Of a stretch of 64,000 nucleotides of DNA, positions 51,220-63,400 are shown piece by piece. Within the stretch, counting starts at the first letter, position 1; each line of letters opens with the position of its first letter. Location of the stretch: positions 1 through 64,000 of the forward strand of contig NW_026781548.1 in NCBI RefSeq assembly GCF_030144855.1. The letters are read 5' to 3'. Origin of the DNA: Hypanus sabinus. Its lineage: Eukaryota. The notes under the pieces are model-generated. The model searched no databases, was not told the origin of the DNA, and saw only the letters and a list, made by a program, of their open reading frames with translations. A program made the translations under genes and the position numbers.

Positions 51220-54200
51220 TCAGAAATGCGAGCAACCTTCAGCACGATGGCCGGAACATCCTCAAATCAGGCAGTCTGCAACGTTGAGGTAAATGTGCCG
51301 GTGTCAGTTGCGGAAAGAATAAATGTGTGTGAGGCCGGTGTTCTGTGCTTGGTGTCAGATGTTCAAGGTCCTGAAAACTCCCAGATTCCTGGACGGCCAT
51401 ATCTGGACCTGATGTGTCGAGCTGCAGCTCAAAGACTTTCGTATAGTCAGGGAGAGCGAGAAGGCTAGAGAAAGGAGTTACAGGCAGGAGGCCCCACAGT
51501 GGCCACGGGAGACAGACAAGTGGGTCACCATCACGGGAGGAAAAGGGAAGAGTCAGGTACTAGAGACTGTCCCATCTGTGGTACCTCTTGATAATAAGTA
51601 CACCAATTGGAGTACTGGTGTTGGTGGGACAGAATTCCTGTGGGAGGCAACAGTGGCCATGCCTCTGGCTTAGAGTCAGGACCTGTGGCTCAAAAGGATA
51701 GGGAAAAGAAGGGGAAGGCAGTAGTGATAGCGGTCTCTATAATTAGCGTTTGGACAGGCGATTCTGTGGACGCAGGAAATAAACTGGTTTGGTAGTTTGC
51801 TTCCCAGGTGCGCGTTTCCGGGTTGTTTAAGATCGTGTCTAAGATATCCTACAGCAGGAGAGAGAATAACCAGAGGTCGTGGTCCATATTGAAACTAATG
51901 TCATAGGTAGGAAAAGGGAAAGGTCCCGAAAAAAAGATTACAGGTTGTCAGGAAGGATGCTAAGAAACAGGACCGCAATTGTAGTAATCTCGGGATCATT
52001 TATTGTATCACGAAACGGTGAGCATCGGAACAGAATGAGGTGGAGGATAAATGTCTGGAAGAGGGACTGAAGCGGTGGACAAGGATTGACATTTATGGAC
52101 CATTGGGTCCACTTTTGGAGAAGGTATGGCCTGTGCCAAAAGGACGGTTGCACCTGAAACCTCGGGTGACCAATGTCCTGGTGGGGCTGTTTGCTGAGGG
52201 TCATGAGGAGAGTTTCAAGTAGAATTGCTGGGTGGTGGAAACCGAACGGAATAGACTGAAGAAGAGGAAGTTGGCTTACAAAAAGAGAAAGAATGTAGAC
52301 AGTGTGAGAGAGAGGATAGGCATGTGATAGAGAAGGGACGTGCTCACACGAACAGTTTGAGATTAGTCCATTTTAACACAAGGAGTATTGTGAAGGAAGC
52401 GGATGAGCTTGGTGCGTGGATCAGTACTTGGAGCTATGACTATTACAGGGACTTGGGAGGCCAGGGACAGGGGGGAAGCAAAAGAGGAGTGGGCGTGGCA
52501 CTGTTGATCAGAGAGTGTGCCACGGCTGCAGAAAAGGTGGACGTAATGGTGGGATTATCTACAGGTCTCTGAGGGTTAAGTTTTGAAACAGGAATGGTCA
52601 ACAACTTTACTGGGTGATTTTTTTACAGGCCGCACAATAATAACAGGAATATCGAGGCGCAGATAGGAAAAGATATCCTGGAAAAGTGTAATAGTAGCAG
52701 AATTGCCGTGATGGGAGATTTTAATTTCGCAAATATCGATTGCAACTCCTTAGAGGGAGGGTTTAGATGGTATGGAATTTGCTAGATGTGTTCATGAAGG
52801 TTTCTTGATAAAATATGTAGACGAGCCTACAAGAGGCGACACTGTACTTGGTTTGGTATTGGGAAAGAAAACCGATCCGTTATCAGTTCTCTCAGTGACA
52901 GAGTATTTTGGAGATAGTGATCATAATTCTACTTCCTTTGCAACATCATTGGAGAGAGATAGGAACAGAAAAGTTAGAAAAGCGTTTCATTGGAGGAAGA
53001 GGAATTCCGAGGCTATCAGGGACGACATTTGAAGCTTAAATTGGGAACAGATTTTCTCAATGAATTGTATGGAAGAAATGTGTCAAATGTTCGGCGTATA
53101 TTTGTGCGCACCTCTGGATACGTACGTTCCAATAAGACGGTGAAGTCGTGGTGGTATACAGGAACCATGTTGTGCAAAGAATGTAATAAAGCCAGTCCAT
53201 AAGAAAATTATTTTCAAAAGTTTCAGAGAGCTAAGTAATGTTAGAGATCAAGGTGATTATAAAAGACTAACAGGAGGAGATTAAAAAGGATATTAGTTGA
53301 GACAAAAGGTGTCATGATAAGGTCATGGCGGGAAGGATGAAAGAAAACCACAATTTATTCTGCAAGTATGTGAAGAGCAACAGGATAAGACCTGAAAGCA
53401 TAAGACCTATCACGTGTAACAGTGGGAAAGTGTGCATGGAAGCGGAAGAAATAGGAGAGGTACCTAATGCATTCCTTACTTCAGTATTCACTGTGGATAA
53501 GGTTCTGGGTGACTGTAGTGATGACTTACAGCTAACTGAAAAACTTGAGGATCTACATATTAGGAAAGATGGCGCTGGAGTTTTAGAAAGTATCAGGTTG
53601 CATCAGTCACCGACACCGGATGAGACGTATCCCAGGTAACTGCAGGAGACAAGGGTGGCGATTGCTGAGCCTCTGACGATGATTTTTGCATCATCAATTG
53701 CGGCGCGAGTGATTCCGGAGGACTGGCGGCTTTCGGATGTTGTTACATTATACAAGAAAGTGGGTACAGATAGCGCAGGGAATTACAGACCATTGAGACT
53801 TACTTCAGTGGTTGGTAAGTTAATGAAGACGATCGTGAGAGGCAGGATTTATGAACATTTGGAAAGGTATAATTTGATTAGGAGTAGTCAGCAGGACTTT
53901 GACCAGGGCAGGTCATACATTACATCAGTAATTGAAAGTTTCGAGGATTTGACTAAACATGGAGGTGAAGGAAGAGCAGTAGATGTAGTGTATATGGATT
54001 TCCGCAAGGCATTTAAAAAAGTACCCAATCAATGGCTTGTTGAGAAAGTACGGAGGCATGGGATCCAAGGGGACATTGCTTTGAGGATCCAGAACTGGCT
54101 TGCACACCGAAGGCAAAGACAGTTTGTAGACGGGTTATATACTGCGTGCATGTCGCTGAACTGGAAGTTTGGGTTAGTAACCTTACTGATGACACAAAGG

Positions 54201-55080
54201 TTGGAGTATTGTGGATAGTGTGGAGATCTGTCAGAAGTTCCAGCGGGAAATTGATTGGATGGAAACCTGGGCAGAGTAGTGGCAGATGGTGTTCAACCCA
54301 GATATGTGTGAAGTGGTTCGTTTTGTTAGTTCAAATATAATGGCAGAATATAGTATTATTGGCAAGATTCTTGGCAGTTTCAAGGTTCGGAAGGATCCTG
54401 TGGTCCGAGTCCATAGGACGCTCAAAGTGGCTGCGCACGTTGACTCTGTGGTTAAAAAGGCGTAGGGAGTTTTCGTCTTCATCAGTCGTGGGATTGTGTT
54501 CAAGAGGCGAGAGGTTTCATTGCAGCTATACTGGACCCTGGTCAACCCCACTTGTAGTACTGTGCTCAGATTTAGTCCCCTCACTACAAGAAGGATGTGG
54601 AAAACATAGATAGGGTGTAGAGCAGATTTACATGTGTGTTGCCTGAATTGGGTTGCATGCCTTACGAGAACATGTGTTTTCTCCTTGGAGTGACGGAGGA
54701 TGAGTGTTGACCTTATAGAGCTGTATCAGATGATGAGATACATTGATCATCTGGATAGTCAGAGACTTTATCCCAGGGTTGAAATGGCTATCAGGAGAGG
54801 GCACAGTATTAAGCTGCTGGTAGGTGGTAGTGGAGATGTCAGGTTACATTTTCCAGGTAGGGATTGGTGCTTACGTGTAATGACCTGCCGCTGACGGTGG
54901 TGAAGATAGATACGACAGGGTTTTTAAGATACTCCTGGATAGTCACATGAAGCTTCAAAAAATAGAGGCTTATTGGTAACACTAGCTAATTAATAAAGTA
55001 AATAATACATTAATAAAGTAAAGCTCGGCAAAAATTGTGGTCCGAAGTTCCTGTAATGTGTTGTAGATTTTCTGTGTTTC
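51220..55080 (+). mobile_element. Near full-length but decayed CR1 LINE (ORF1 esterase, ORF2 endonuclease and RT, 3' tail)
   Basis: ORF1 KAVVIAVSI...VHIETNVIG...VVISG; EN LVHFNTRSI...GVGVALLIRE...GDSDHN; RT NYRPLRLTSVVGKLM...VVYMDFRKAF; many stops. Confidence 0.88.
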
Positions 55081-55506
55081 GATAATTGCTAACTAATCAT
55101 TTCTGCTTGTAAAATGAGCATAACCTTCAATTTTCCCTATCGACCACTGTCTGCTTCGGCATCTTTTAAAGGCCACTTATCCTTATGCCTCGAAGACCAC
55201 AACATGAAGTGCATCCCATGTACGCACTACTTTCTGTGTAAACGTCTTGCCCTTTAGAGGGCATTTGAACCTACCGCATGAACATTGCCCGACGCTTTGT
55301 TTATGTTTGCAAATAAATAGTATTGTGTCATCTGCAAGATTTTTAATTTACTTATTTGCAGACACCCTAATCTGTTTTATATATATATATATATATATCA
55401 CAAATCCCAGAGGATTCACTGTCGGACAGTAACTATGGACTGTTCTTTATGCGTTCTGATGAAAATGAGATTCCTGAGTTACAACATAAAATCTCTCTAT
55501 CAGAAT

Positions 55507-55520
55507 CTGCCACCTACTGG
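55507..55520 (-). promoter_or_regulatory. Strong CTCF motif in the unit D 3' flank
   Basis: Minus strand CCAGTAGGTGGCAG. Confidence 0.7.
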
Positions 55521-57091
55521 CTGCATGCAAATCTACAAATCTACAAACAGCAGAGTTACTGAATTACCTGTGCACGGGCAGGTGTTTTGACTGTTATATA
55601 CCACCCGGGTTCACTCTTTCTATGGACTGTCACTTCAAAGCGGCCGAGAGAATTAAGATTGACGTTGAGATACAACTGGATTTCTGCAGACTCTAAAATT
55701 TGCTACATTGCTATAGTGAGTGAGATGGAGTCATTTGGTGGAACATGAATGTTTACATTTTCCTGTGCCTTGTTTTCGCATATACAATGACATAGAGACA
55801 GAATGTCAGAGTCTAGATCAATTTGTTCAATCCGAGACACCAGTGAGTATGACGCTGGTGTAAACATTCAGTCGCCGAAATGGTTAAGTTGAGATCGATC
55901 CAGTGTATCAATGAATGACTCTCACAAGTCGCAGGAAGTAGAAGAAGGTTGCAGAGAGGAGAAGAGGGGAAGGTTTCAAAGAGAGGAAACCTTGTGACAA
56001 GGAGATCACTGTTTGGACTCTGTCTCCAAGCAGCCAGTGAGGATGAGTTCCTTTCCATTCGGATAGGAAAGTGTGCTTGTCACAGTGTTAATCCGCAGGA
56101 GGGGTTTCTCTGGGGAGGGGAAACGTTTTGTGGATACCAGGTATGTGTTTACCTTTGTCTGGGGTAGTTCACTGAAGAAAGGCACCCTTTGTGGAAAACC
56201 ACTGTTGGAGATAATTCGTAGGTCATGGATACGGAGGTGTAGCTATCACGAGTGCGATTGTGGTAACCTTGAGGAATATAACGGCGTGCCCACCCTTGCC
56301 TGGATGGTGGAACCCTTGAAGACGTCAGACTTGTGATTAGCTACTGTTAGTGATGTTTCGTGTGGGGATTCAGAGAACAACGAGAATATCGACGTCACCT
56401 GTTTGTTTGGATTACAAATTCATCTCCCTTGCTTCAATGTATGTGCATTTAAACTAAACAGAAATTTCTTACACACCATCGTAAGACTGAAACACTTGCC
56501 ACCTGATCTTGAATAAGTTTGGGAACTTTATTTTTTTACACACCTATATATGCATAACACTGGTAACCCTTGGTTTACCTGGTTTAAATTACTATATTAC
56601 ATAGTTACTAACAAAATAGTGATTGTTAATAGCAAAATCAGACTCCAGGTGTGTTCTATTGCTGAAAGCGGAGACTTTAACTCTGTTCAGGATAACCAGT
56701 CTTCTTGAACGGTTGAAAGGCAGGAGCTCCTGGTACAAACATCCCTCGCTAGTGGCAAGAGAAGGAGCTGCATCGGGCATACCTGAGCAGGCATTCGGGA
56801 CTCACGGAATACGGTAGTATTCGTGATGTATCGTAACAGTTGTTTCCGTATGTAACAGTTGTATCGTGATGGTGATGTTAAGGCGTCGCCTGCAAATAAG
56901 GGTAGAATCACTCACTTGGTGGAACTGAGAGAGACATTACAGGGAACCCGTGAGGAAATTAATCTGGAAAGAGCAGAGTGCAGGCAGACTGGGACACTGC
57001 TTTTTCCTGTTGGTGCTGGAGGGATGAAGTGCGGGAGCTAATCGCGGCTGGCAACAGCCGCAGTGGATTGCACCTGGGTTATCTCGGGGAG

Positions 57092-58014
57092 TCACTGTGG
57101 ATTAATTTTCTCCTGACAACGCCGAGTGAACTTTATTATGAGACAGTAGGGAGATTTCACCGTCTCCTTGAACTGCAGCCTAAACTTGGTCTGGGCCACG
57201 GCGTAAAGAGCCGTGTTGGTACAGCAGCTCAGGAGTTGAAGCATGTAACCGAGTTCACGCGGACTATTCGGGGGATAAACGGTAATGTAAACAGCCACTT
57301 TATCCCATACGGAATACACCGTCAGCAGTGCCCACAGCAGGATGAAATTCCCCGACATCACCAGCAGTAACAGGAGCGATTGCCTGCGGTTCTTCATCTC
57401 CGGGTCGGCGGGCGTCTCGCCATCGCGCGAACCACGGAGTCTCCTCCGGGCCCGGCTGACCACTGAGACGTGCCTGATAGTTAAACTGTTTAACAGGAGA
57501 ATCAGGAGAAAGGGAAATATTGGGGTGAGGAGTGAATGAATCAGCAGAAATGTTGTCTCCAGAGATAGGAGAATACGGAAAGAACGTAAACAGAGCATGA
57601 ACCAAAGTGACATCGCATATGCCCCATCGAGCAGAAAGTACCAGGAAATGTTCTTCAGGCAGCTCAGCACTGTCACCGTCCCCAAAACCAGAGCCGCCGC
57701 TCTCCCGGTGCAATATTTTCGTTTTAGCTTCTGAAAGCAAATGGCGACAAATCGATCAAAGGTGAAAGTGACGGTGTACCAGACAGAACAGTCCGTGACG
57801 GTGTAGAGCATGACTGCGTGAATATTACACACCCGAACACGATCCGACCAGAGGAAAACCTCCACTGGCATGTAACTCATCGGAATCTTGTTCAATACCA
57901 GATCGAAGAGAACGACCAGTTGATCAGCTGCTACCATGGCGACCAGGTACCGTGTGACACCTTTGGAGAGACCGCATTTTCCCCGCGACAGGATGACGAT
58001 TGTCACCAAGTTCA
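57092..58014 (-). CDS. Intact GPR139/GPR142-like class A orphan GPCR (unit D), exon 2
   Basis: 923 nt open frame, VNLVTIVILSRGKCGLSK...TFDRFVAIC...NFILLW...SCCTNTALYAV...NPQ*. With exon 1 it gives a 365-aa 7TM protein with a DRF motif and a GPR139-type intron position. Confidence 0.94.
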
Positions 58015-59542
58015 CTGTGCGGAGGGAAATAAAGACCATTAACACAGTCTTGGATGGAAAGATTCTCTAAAATCAACTATTTTAATCGATTGCATTTCCG
58101 AGAACAGAGATGGACATTGAAGCAATGTTTCTACTAAGGAGATTATGGACAACTTTTATGAAATGCGTAGTGAGGAAGTTCAGAACAATTAGTGGAATCT
58201 CATTGAAACATATCGAATATTGCAAAGTCGGATTTCGTGGACGTGGAGAGGATTGCTTCCGTAGATGTGGAGTCTTCAACTGGAGGATGAATATTTCCAA
58301 TAGAACGACATCACTTTACAACAGTGGTAGATGGAAATTTGTTCAGACTGAGTCTGCTGAATACGTGGACTTTCTCGGCACAGACGGCTAAGGGAGTCAG
58401 TTCGTTGCCAACATTTGCAGCAGAGAGTGATATGCCCCTGATTTGTCGGGGCGCCAATGGATATGGAGAATGGCCGCCAGAAGGTGATTGAGAGGGGCAA
58501 TAAATCAGCTGTGATGGAATGGCGGAGAGACCTCGGTGCTCGAATGTCCGAATTCAACTCTGGAGCCCTGTGGGCTACGCAGTGATTTCAATGGATGACT
58601 GGGATGTATCCTGATCGTTGGCGTCAGGAGAAGGATTAGTGATTAAGTGCCAAGTATCACGGCAATGGAAATTCAACTTCCTTCATCTGTAAACACGAGG
58701 GAAAATTAGAGCAGAAGAATTAGTAGCCGAATGGGCGAATTCATCTCCGTCCGAGATTCACTCCCGAGAAAAGGCATGCTGTGTCCCCGAGCTCTGGTCT
58801 CACCTGCCTGTGGAAAGGACCTTCCTGTCCGTGTCTTATCTACTACCTTAGTATTTTACATGTTGCTAAAACGATCGTCTCTGATCCTTCTGAATTCCAG
58901 TGTGTGCAGTCCGAGGCGACTCAAACTTTCCGTATAGTCTCTCCACCTCATGTCTGGAATCAAAATAGGGAAACGACGACAACGCCAGTAAATCGCTTCT
59001 CAAGTCAGGAGATTTATTCCCGGGCGCAGTACTCCAGTTGCCGCCTCACCAGTACCTTGTGCAGTCTGTTCTTAAATTCCCGCATCTCGCAATGACGGCT
59101 AATATCCCATTTGCCTTCTTGTTAGCCTGCTGCTGCTGCTGCAAACCAGCATAAAGTACCGGAAGCATGTGTAAGTTTCAGAGAGGCTGCAGCTGTAATT
59201 TACCGGAATACTGGCCGGATTGGAGAGTGCCCACAGTACGGAGAGGTTGTGTGCGCTCGAACTTTCTTCTCTGAAAGTGAAGGTGCATGGGCGGTCACTT
59301 GGTGGCAGTGTTTGACAGGAATAGAGACACAGATAACTTTTGCCCGACAGAAAAGTAACCGGGACGCTGACAGCCCCAAAGCTGGAGAGGGAACTTCCGT
59401 AATTCACTCAGTCAGTGTTGCTGAAGCGGTACCGGTTTGAGATTCCTGACATGCAATTAGCGCGTCGTTAGAGGGCAGGTATGAAAGAGAAGCTGACTTA
59501 TATTTTTCAACGTTATTCATGAGGAAGAGACGAGACTCTTAC

Positions 59543-59717
59543 CTGGGACAGCTACAATGGCGAGTATAGGATAATAAATCATTTTCACGGTACTAAGCGC
59601 CTGATAGATTCGAAAATCCAACGGTATTCCTTTAGGATTTTTATCCAGATATGGATATGCCCGGTCAATATTCCTTAAAAATGCTGCAGCGTTACGTGAT
59701 GTATTTTGCTGATCCAT
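59543..59717 (-). CDS. Intact GPCR unit D, exon 1 (possibly starts at ATG 59840)
   Basis: MDQQNTSRNAAAFLRNIDRAYPYLDKNPKGIPLDFRIYQALSTVKMIYYPILAIVAVP + G|GTAAG; 175 nt, phase 1 joins exon 2 in frame; N-glycosylation sequon NTS. Confidence 0.92.
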
Positions 59718-60124
59718 TTCCGGAAGACTCCAGATCCCTGTTCCCGATCCAGCCTCTGTCCTCTCTCTACCTGGAGCCCGCTTGTCTCTGATAGCGTAGA
59801 GTAGCGTCTCTGACTCAGACTGGCGTCGAAAGGGGGTCATATCCAGAGAACAGTTAGGCAGCAGCCACACCTCCGCGGTGACGTCGACAATCCCCAAGGA
59901 CACTCGCGTAATTAGGTTCTACGGATTGACAGGTGTTGTTAACCCTTTATTTGCAGACAGTCAGAGAAGAGATTCAAAAGCAGATTAGTCGTGTACCTAA
60001 TATTCCCACCAATCTGCTCTCCACGGATTCGTGCTGTGTCTGTAAATTGACACAAAATTGAGAAACTAATTGACACACAGCTGGACATTCATTTACAACC
60101 AATCTGGGAAGGGAACAGAGAAAA

Positions 60125-62255
60125 TAGATTCATTCGTCCCATCGATCCTGCACCGCCATTCAGTATGATCATGGCTGATCATGCAACTCAGAACCCTTTA
60201 CCTGCGTTCTCTCCATAGCCCCTGATCCCTTTAGCCACAAGGGCCATATCTAACTTCCTCTTAAGTATAGCCAATGAACCGGCCTCAATTGTTTCCTGTG
60301 GCAGAGAATTCCACACATTCACCACTCTCTGTCTGAAGAGGTTTTTCCTCATCTCGGTCCTAAAAGGCTTCCCCTTTATCCTTAAACTATGACCCGTCGT
60401 TCTGGATTGCCCCAACATCGGAAACAATCTTCCTTCATTTAGCCTGTCCAATCCCTTTAGAATTTTATACATTTCAATAAGGTCCCACCTTAATTTCTAA
60501 ATTCCAGAGAATATAAGCCTTGTCGACCCAGACTTTCTTCATATGAAGTCCTGCTATCCCAGAAATAAATCTGGTGAACCGTCCCTGTACTCCCTCTATG
60601 GAAAAATGTATTTCCTCAGATTAGGGGACCAGAACTGCACACAATATTTTAGGTGCGGTCTCACCAAGGCCTTGTACAACAGCAGTAGAACCTCCCTGCT
60701 CCTGTACTCAAATCCTTTTGCTATGAATGCCTAAATACCATTTACCTTTTTCACCGCCTGCTGTACCTGCATGCCCACCTTTAATGACTGGTGTACAATG
60801 ACACCCAGGTCTCGTTACAACTCCTCTTCTCCAAATGGGCCACCGTTCAGATAATCTGTTTTCCTCTTCTTGCAATCAACGTGGAGAACCTCGCATTTAT
60901 CCACATTAAATTGCATCTGCACTGAATTTGCCCATTCACCTAACCTATCCAAATCACCCTGAATCCCGTTAGCATCCTCCTCACAGCTAACACCGCCGCC
61001 CAGCTTCGTGTCACGCGCAGGCTTAAGCTGCATTTAATTCCCTCGTCTAAATCATTAATATATATTATAAACAACTGTGGCCTCAGCACTTGCCTTGCGT
61101 TCCCCCAATAGTCACTCCCTGCCATTCTGAAAAGGCACTGAGCCTTCTTCCCGCCTCTTTCCATATGCGCTGTTGTCCCATATTTGATTACCAACTCCAG
61201 CGCTTTCCCCACCACCGATGTCAGACTAACCGGTCTATAATTCCACGGTCTCTCTGTCCCTCCTTTTTTAAAATGCGGGGTTATATTCGCCATCCTCCAA
61301 TCCTCATGACCTAATCTAGAATCTAAGGAGTTTTGAAAAAATATCACTAATGCATCCACTATTTCTTTGACTAATTCCTTAAGCATTCGGGGATGCAGAC
61401 CACCTGGCCATGGGGATTTATCTTCCTTTAATCACTTCAATTTACCTAACACCACTTCACTACTAGCATGTATTTCCCTCAGTTCCTCAATCTCACTAGA
61501 CCCTCGATCCCTTACGATTTCCGGAAGATTATTTATGTCCTCCTTAATGAAGACAGAACCAAAGTAGTTATTTAATTGGTATGCCATGTCTTTGTTTGCT
61601 ATGATCAATTCACCTGTTTCTGACTGTAAAGGACCGACATTTGTCGTGACCAATCTTTTTCTTTTCACGTATCTATAAAAGGTTTTACAGTCAGCTTTTA
61701 TGTACCCTGCCAGCTTTCTCTCATAAGCCTTTTTTCCATTTCATAATTAAACACTTTGTCCTCATCTGCTGGACTCTGAATTTATCCCAGTCCTCAGGTG
61801 TGCCGCTTTTTTTATGTTAACTTATTTGTTTCTTATTTGGACTTGATACTATCCCATATTTCTCTTGTCAGCCACGGGTGCACTACCTTCCCTAATTTAT
61901 TCTTTTGCCAAACAGGAATGAACAATTGTTGTAGTTTATCCATGCGATCTTTAAATGCTTGCCATTGTATACACACTGTCAACCCTTTAAGTATAATTTG
62001 CCTGTCTATCTTAGCTAATTCACATCTCATACTTTCAGAGTTGTCCTTCTTTAAGTTCAGAACCTTTGTTTCTGAATTAACTATGTCACGCTCCATCTTC
62101 ATGAAGAATTCCATCATATTATGGTCACTCTTACCCAAGGGGCCTCGCACGACACGATTGCTAACCAACCCTTCCTCATTGCCTAATATCCAATCTAGAA
62201 AGCCCTGCTCTCTAGTTGGTTCCTCGACATATTGGTTCAGAAAACCATCCCGCAG
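60125..62255 (-). mobile_element. 5'-truncated CR1 LINE inserted upstream of unit D
   Basis: GPLGKSDHNM, NYRPVSLTSVVGKALE, QMQFNVDKCEV, YKILKGLDRL...GKPFRTEMRKNLFRQRVVNVWNSLP, 3' UTR; absent at the homologous site in units A and C. Confidence 0.9.
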
Positions 62256-62679
62256 AGATTGACAATGATATCGAGTTCGATATTTGCAAGGTAATGATTT
62301 TCAGTAAGAGAGCGTAGAACCAGCGGCCAATCTGGACATCGGCTGATCTTGGAGGAGAGGACTTCACTCAGCACGGGTATAAAAAAGCGACAGAGGATCC
62401 TTACAGTGAAAAATAGCTTTAATAAGGTTTCAGGCGGCGTTTCCGTTTGATCAGCAGGATGAAGGCATGGTGAACTGCAGAAGCCATCGTCTGAATGGAC
62501 CGTCAAGCAGGTGACCTTCAGGCTTGTGCTCGCCGAGGCGTCAGCTCAGGGAGGCTTCAGTCAAAGGAGGCAAAGAAAAGAAAAGCACTTGTCCAAGAAC
62601 GTTATTTCTTTCCCTTCTCTATATATCCGATCAGAGAAGTTAAGAAATGAGGCAGGCAGGTTAGTTGAATGGTCGCATT

Positions 62680-63400
62680 GCGCGATCAGGGAAGGCACAG
62701 AGAAGATGAGAGTTGCGTTCAACTCAGCTTCTGACAATCCGCGTCAAGGAGGTAAAGGCTGAGCTGGACGAGCTCCATATCATTCGGGGGGCTGAAGTAA
62801 TGATAGACAAGACATATAGAGAGGGCGCTACACCCAGGGCGCAATGCAGAGGAGACAGTGTGACAGCCAGTAAGGAGAAATAGATGAAGGAGCCAGGGAA
62901 GAGTTCCCATGTGACGATGTCCTTCAACGTTTTCGGTACCGTCGCAGGGTTTGGTGGGGGGAGGCGCGGAAGAATCGCCTAACAGTGTTCACTCAGTGTT
63001 AGGGTCTCGGGCACTTTGTTTGCATCTGAGACTCAGAAGCGAAGTGGGAGGGTAGCGTTGTCCGTGCATGTGGGGTGGATGGTCTGCAGGGTGCGTGTCA
63101 CGCTGTCGTGATAGGATATTCGTTATTGGTGCGACCAGGTGCTTCTGTCGGTGACAATGTCGGGGTTATCTCCGAACGAGTCCTCAGCATTCTCAACTGG
63201 GAGTGTGAACAGCTCGAAATCGTGATCCATTGAGTTACCAATGACATGGGTGCGATGAGTGATGAAATACTGCTCTGACAGTTCAGCGAGTTAAGAGAGA
63301 AGTGAAAATGCAGGACCCTCCAGGTTGTGCTGCCCGTGCTACGTGCTTGTGAGGCAGGAAGCTGGACGAGTATACAGATTAATAGGTTGCTAAAGAGTTT
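62680..63400 (+). mobile_element. CR1 ORF1 remnant upstream of unit D
   Basis: Aligns with 40040-40740. Confidence 0.75.

Noticed and set aside
16617-57740. Alternative-frame and antisense ORFs overlapping the GPCR exons (e.g. 16617-17039, 22956-23306, 57300-57740)
   Set aside because: Shadows of the GC-rich GPCR coding sequence; their start and stop positions are not conserved among paralogs.
57093-58019. CACAGTG heptamers at both ends of GPCR exon 2 in unit D (57093-57099, 58013-58019; also 35537-35543 in C), suggesting RAG-mediated GPCR rearrangement
   Set aside because: No nonamer at 12 or 23 nt. The motifs arise from the cacag|TG acceptor and the CCA CAG TGA codons, and the stop-side motif is not conserved in A, B or C.
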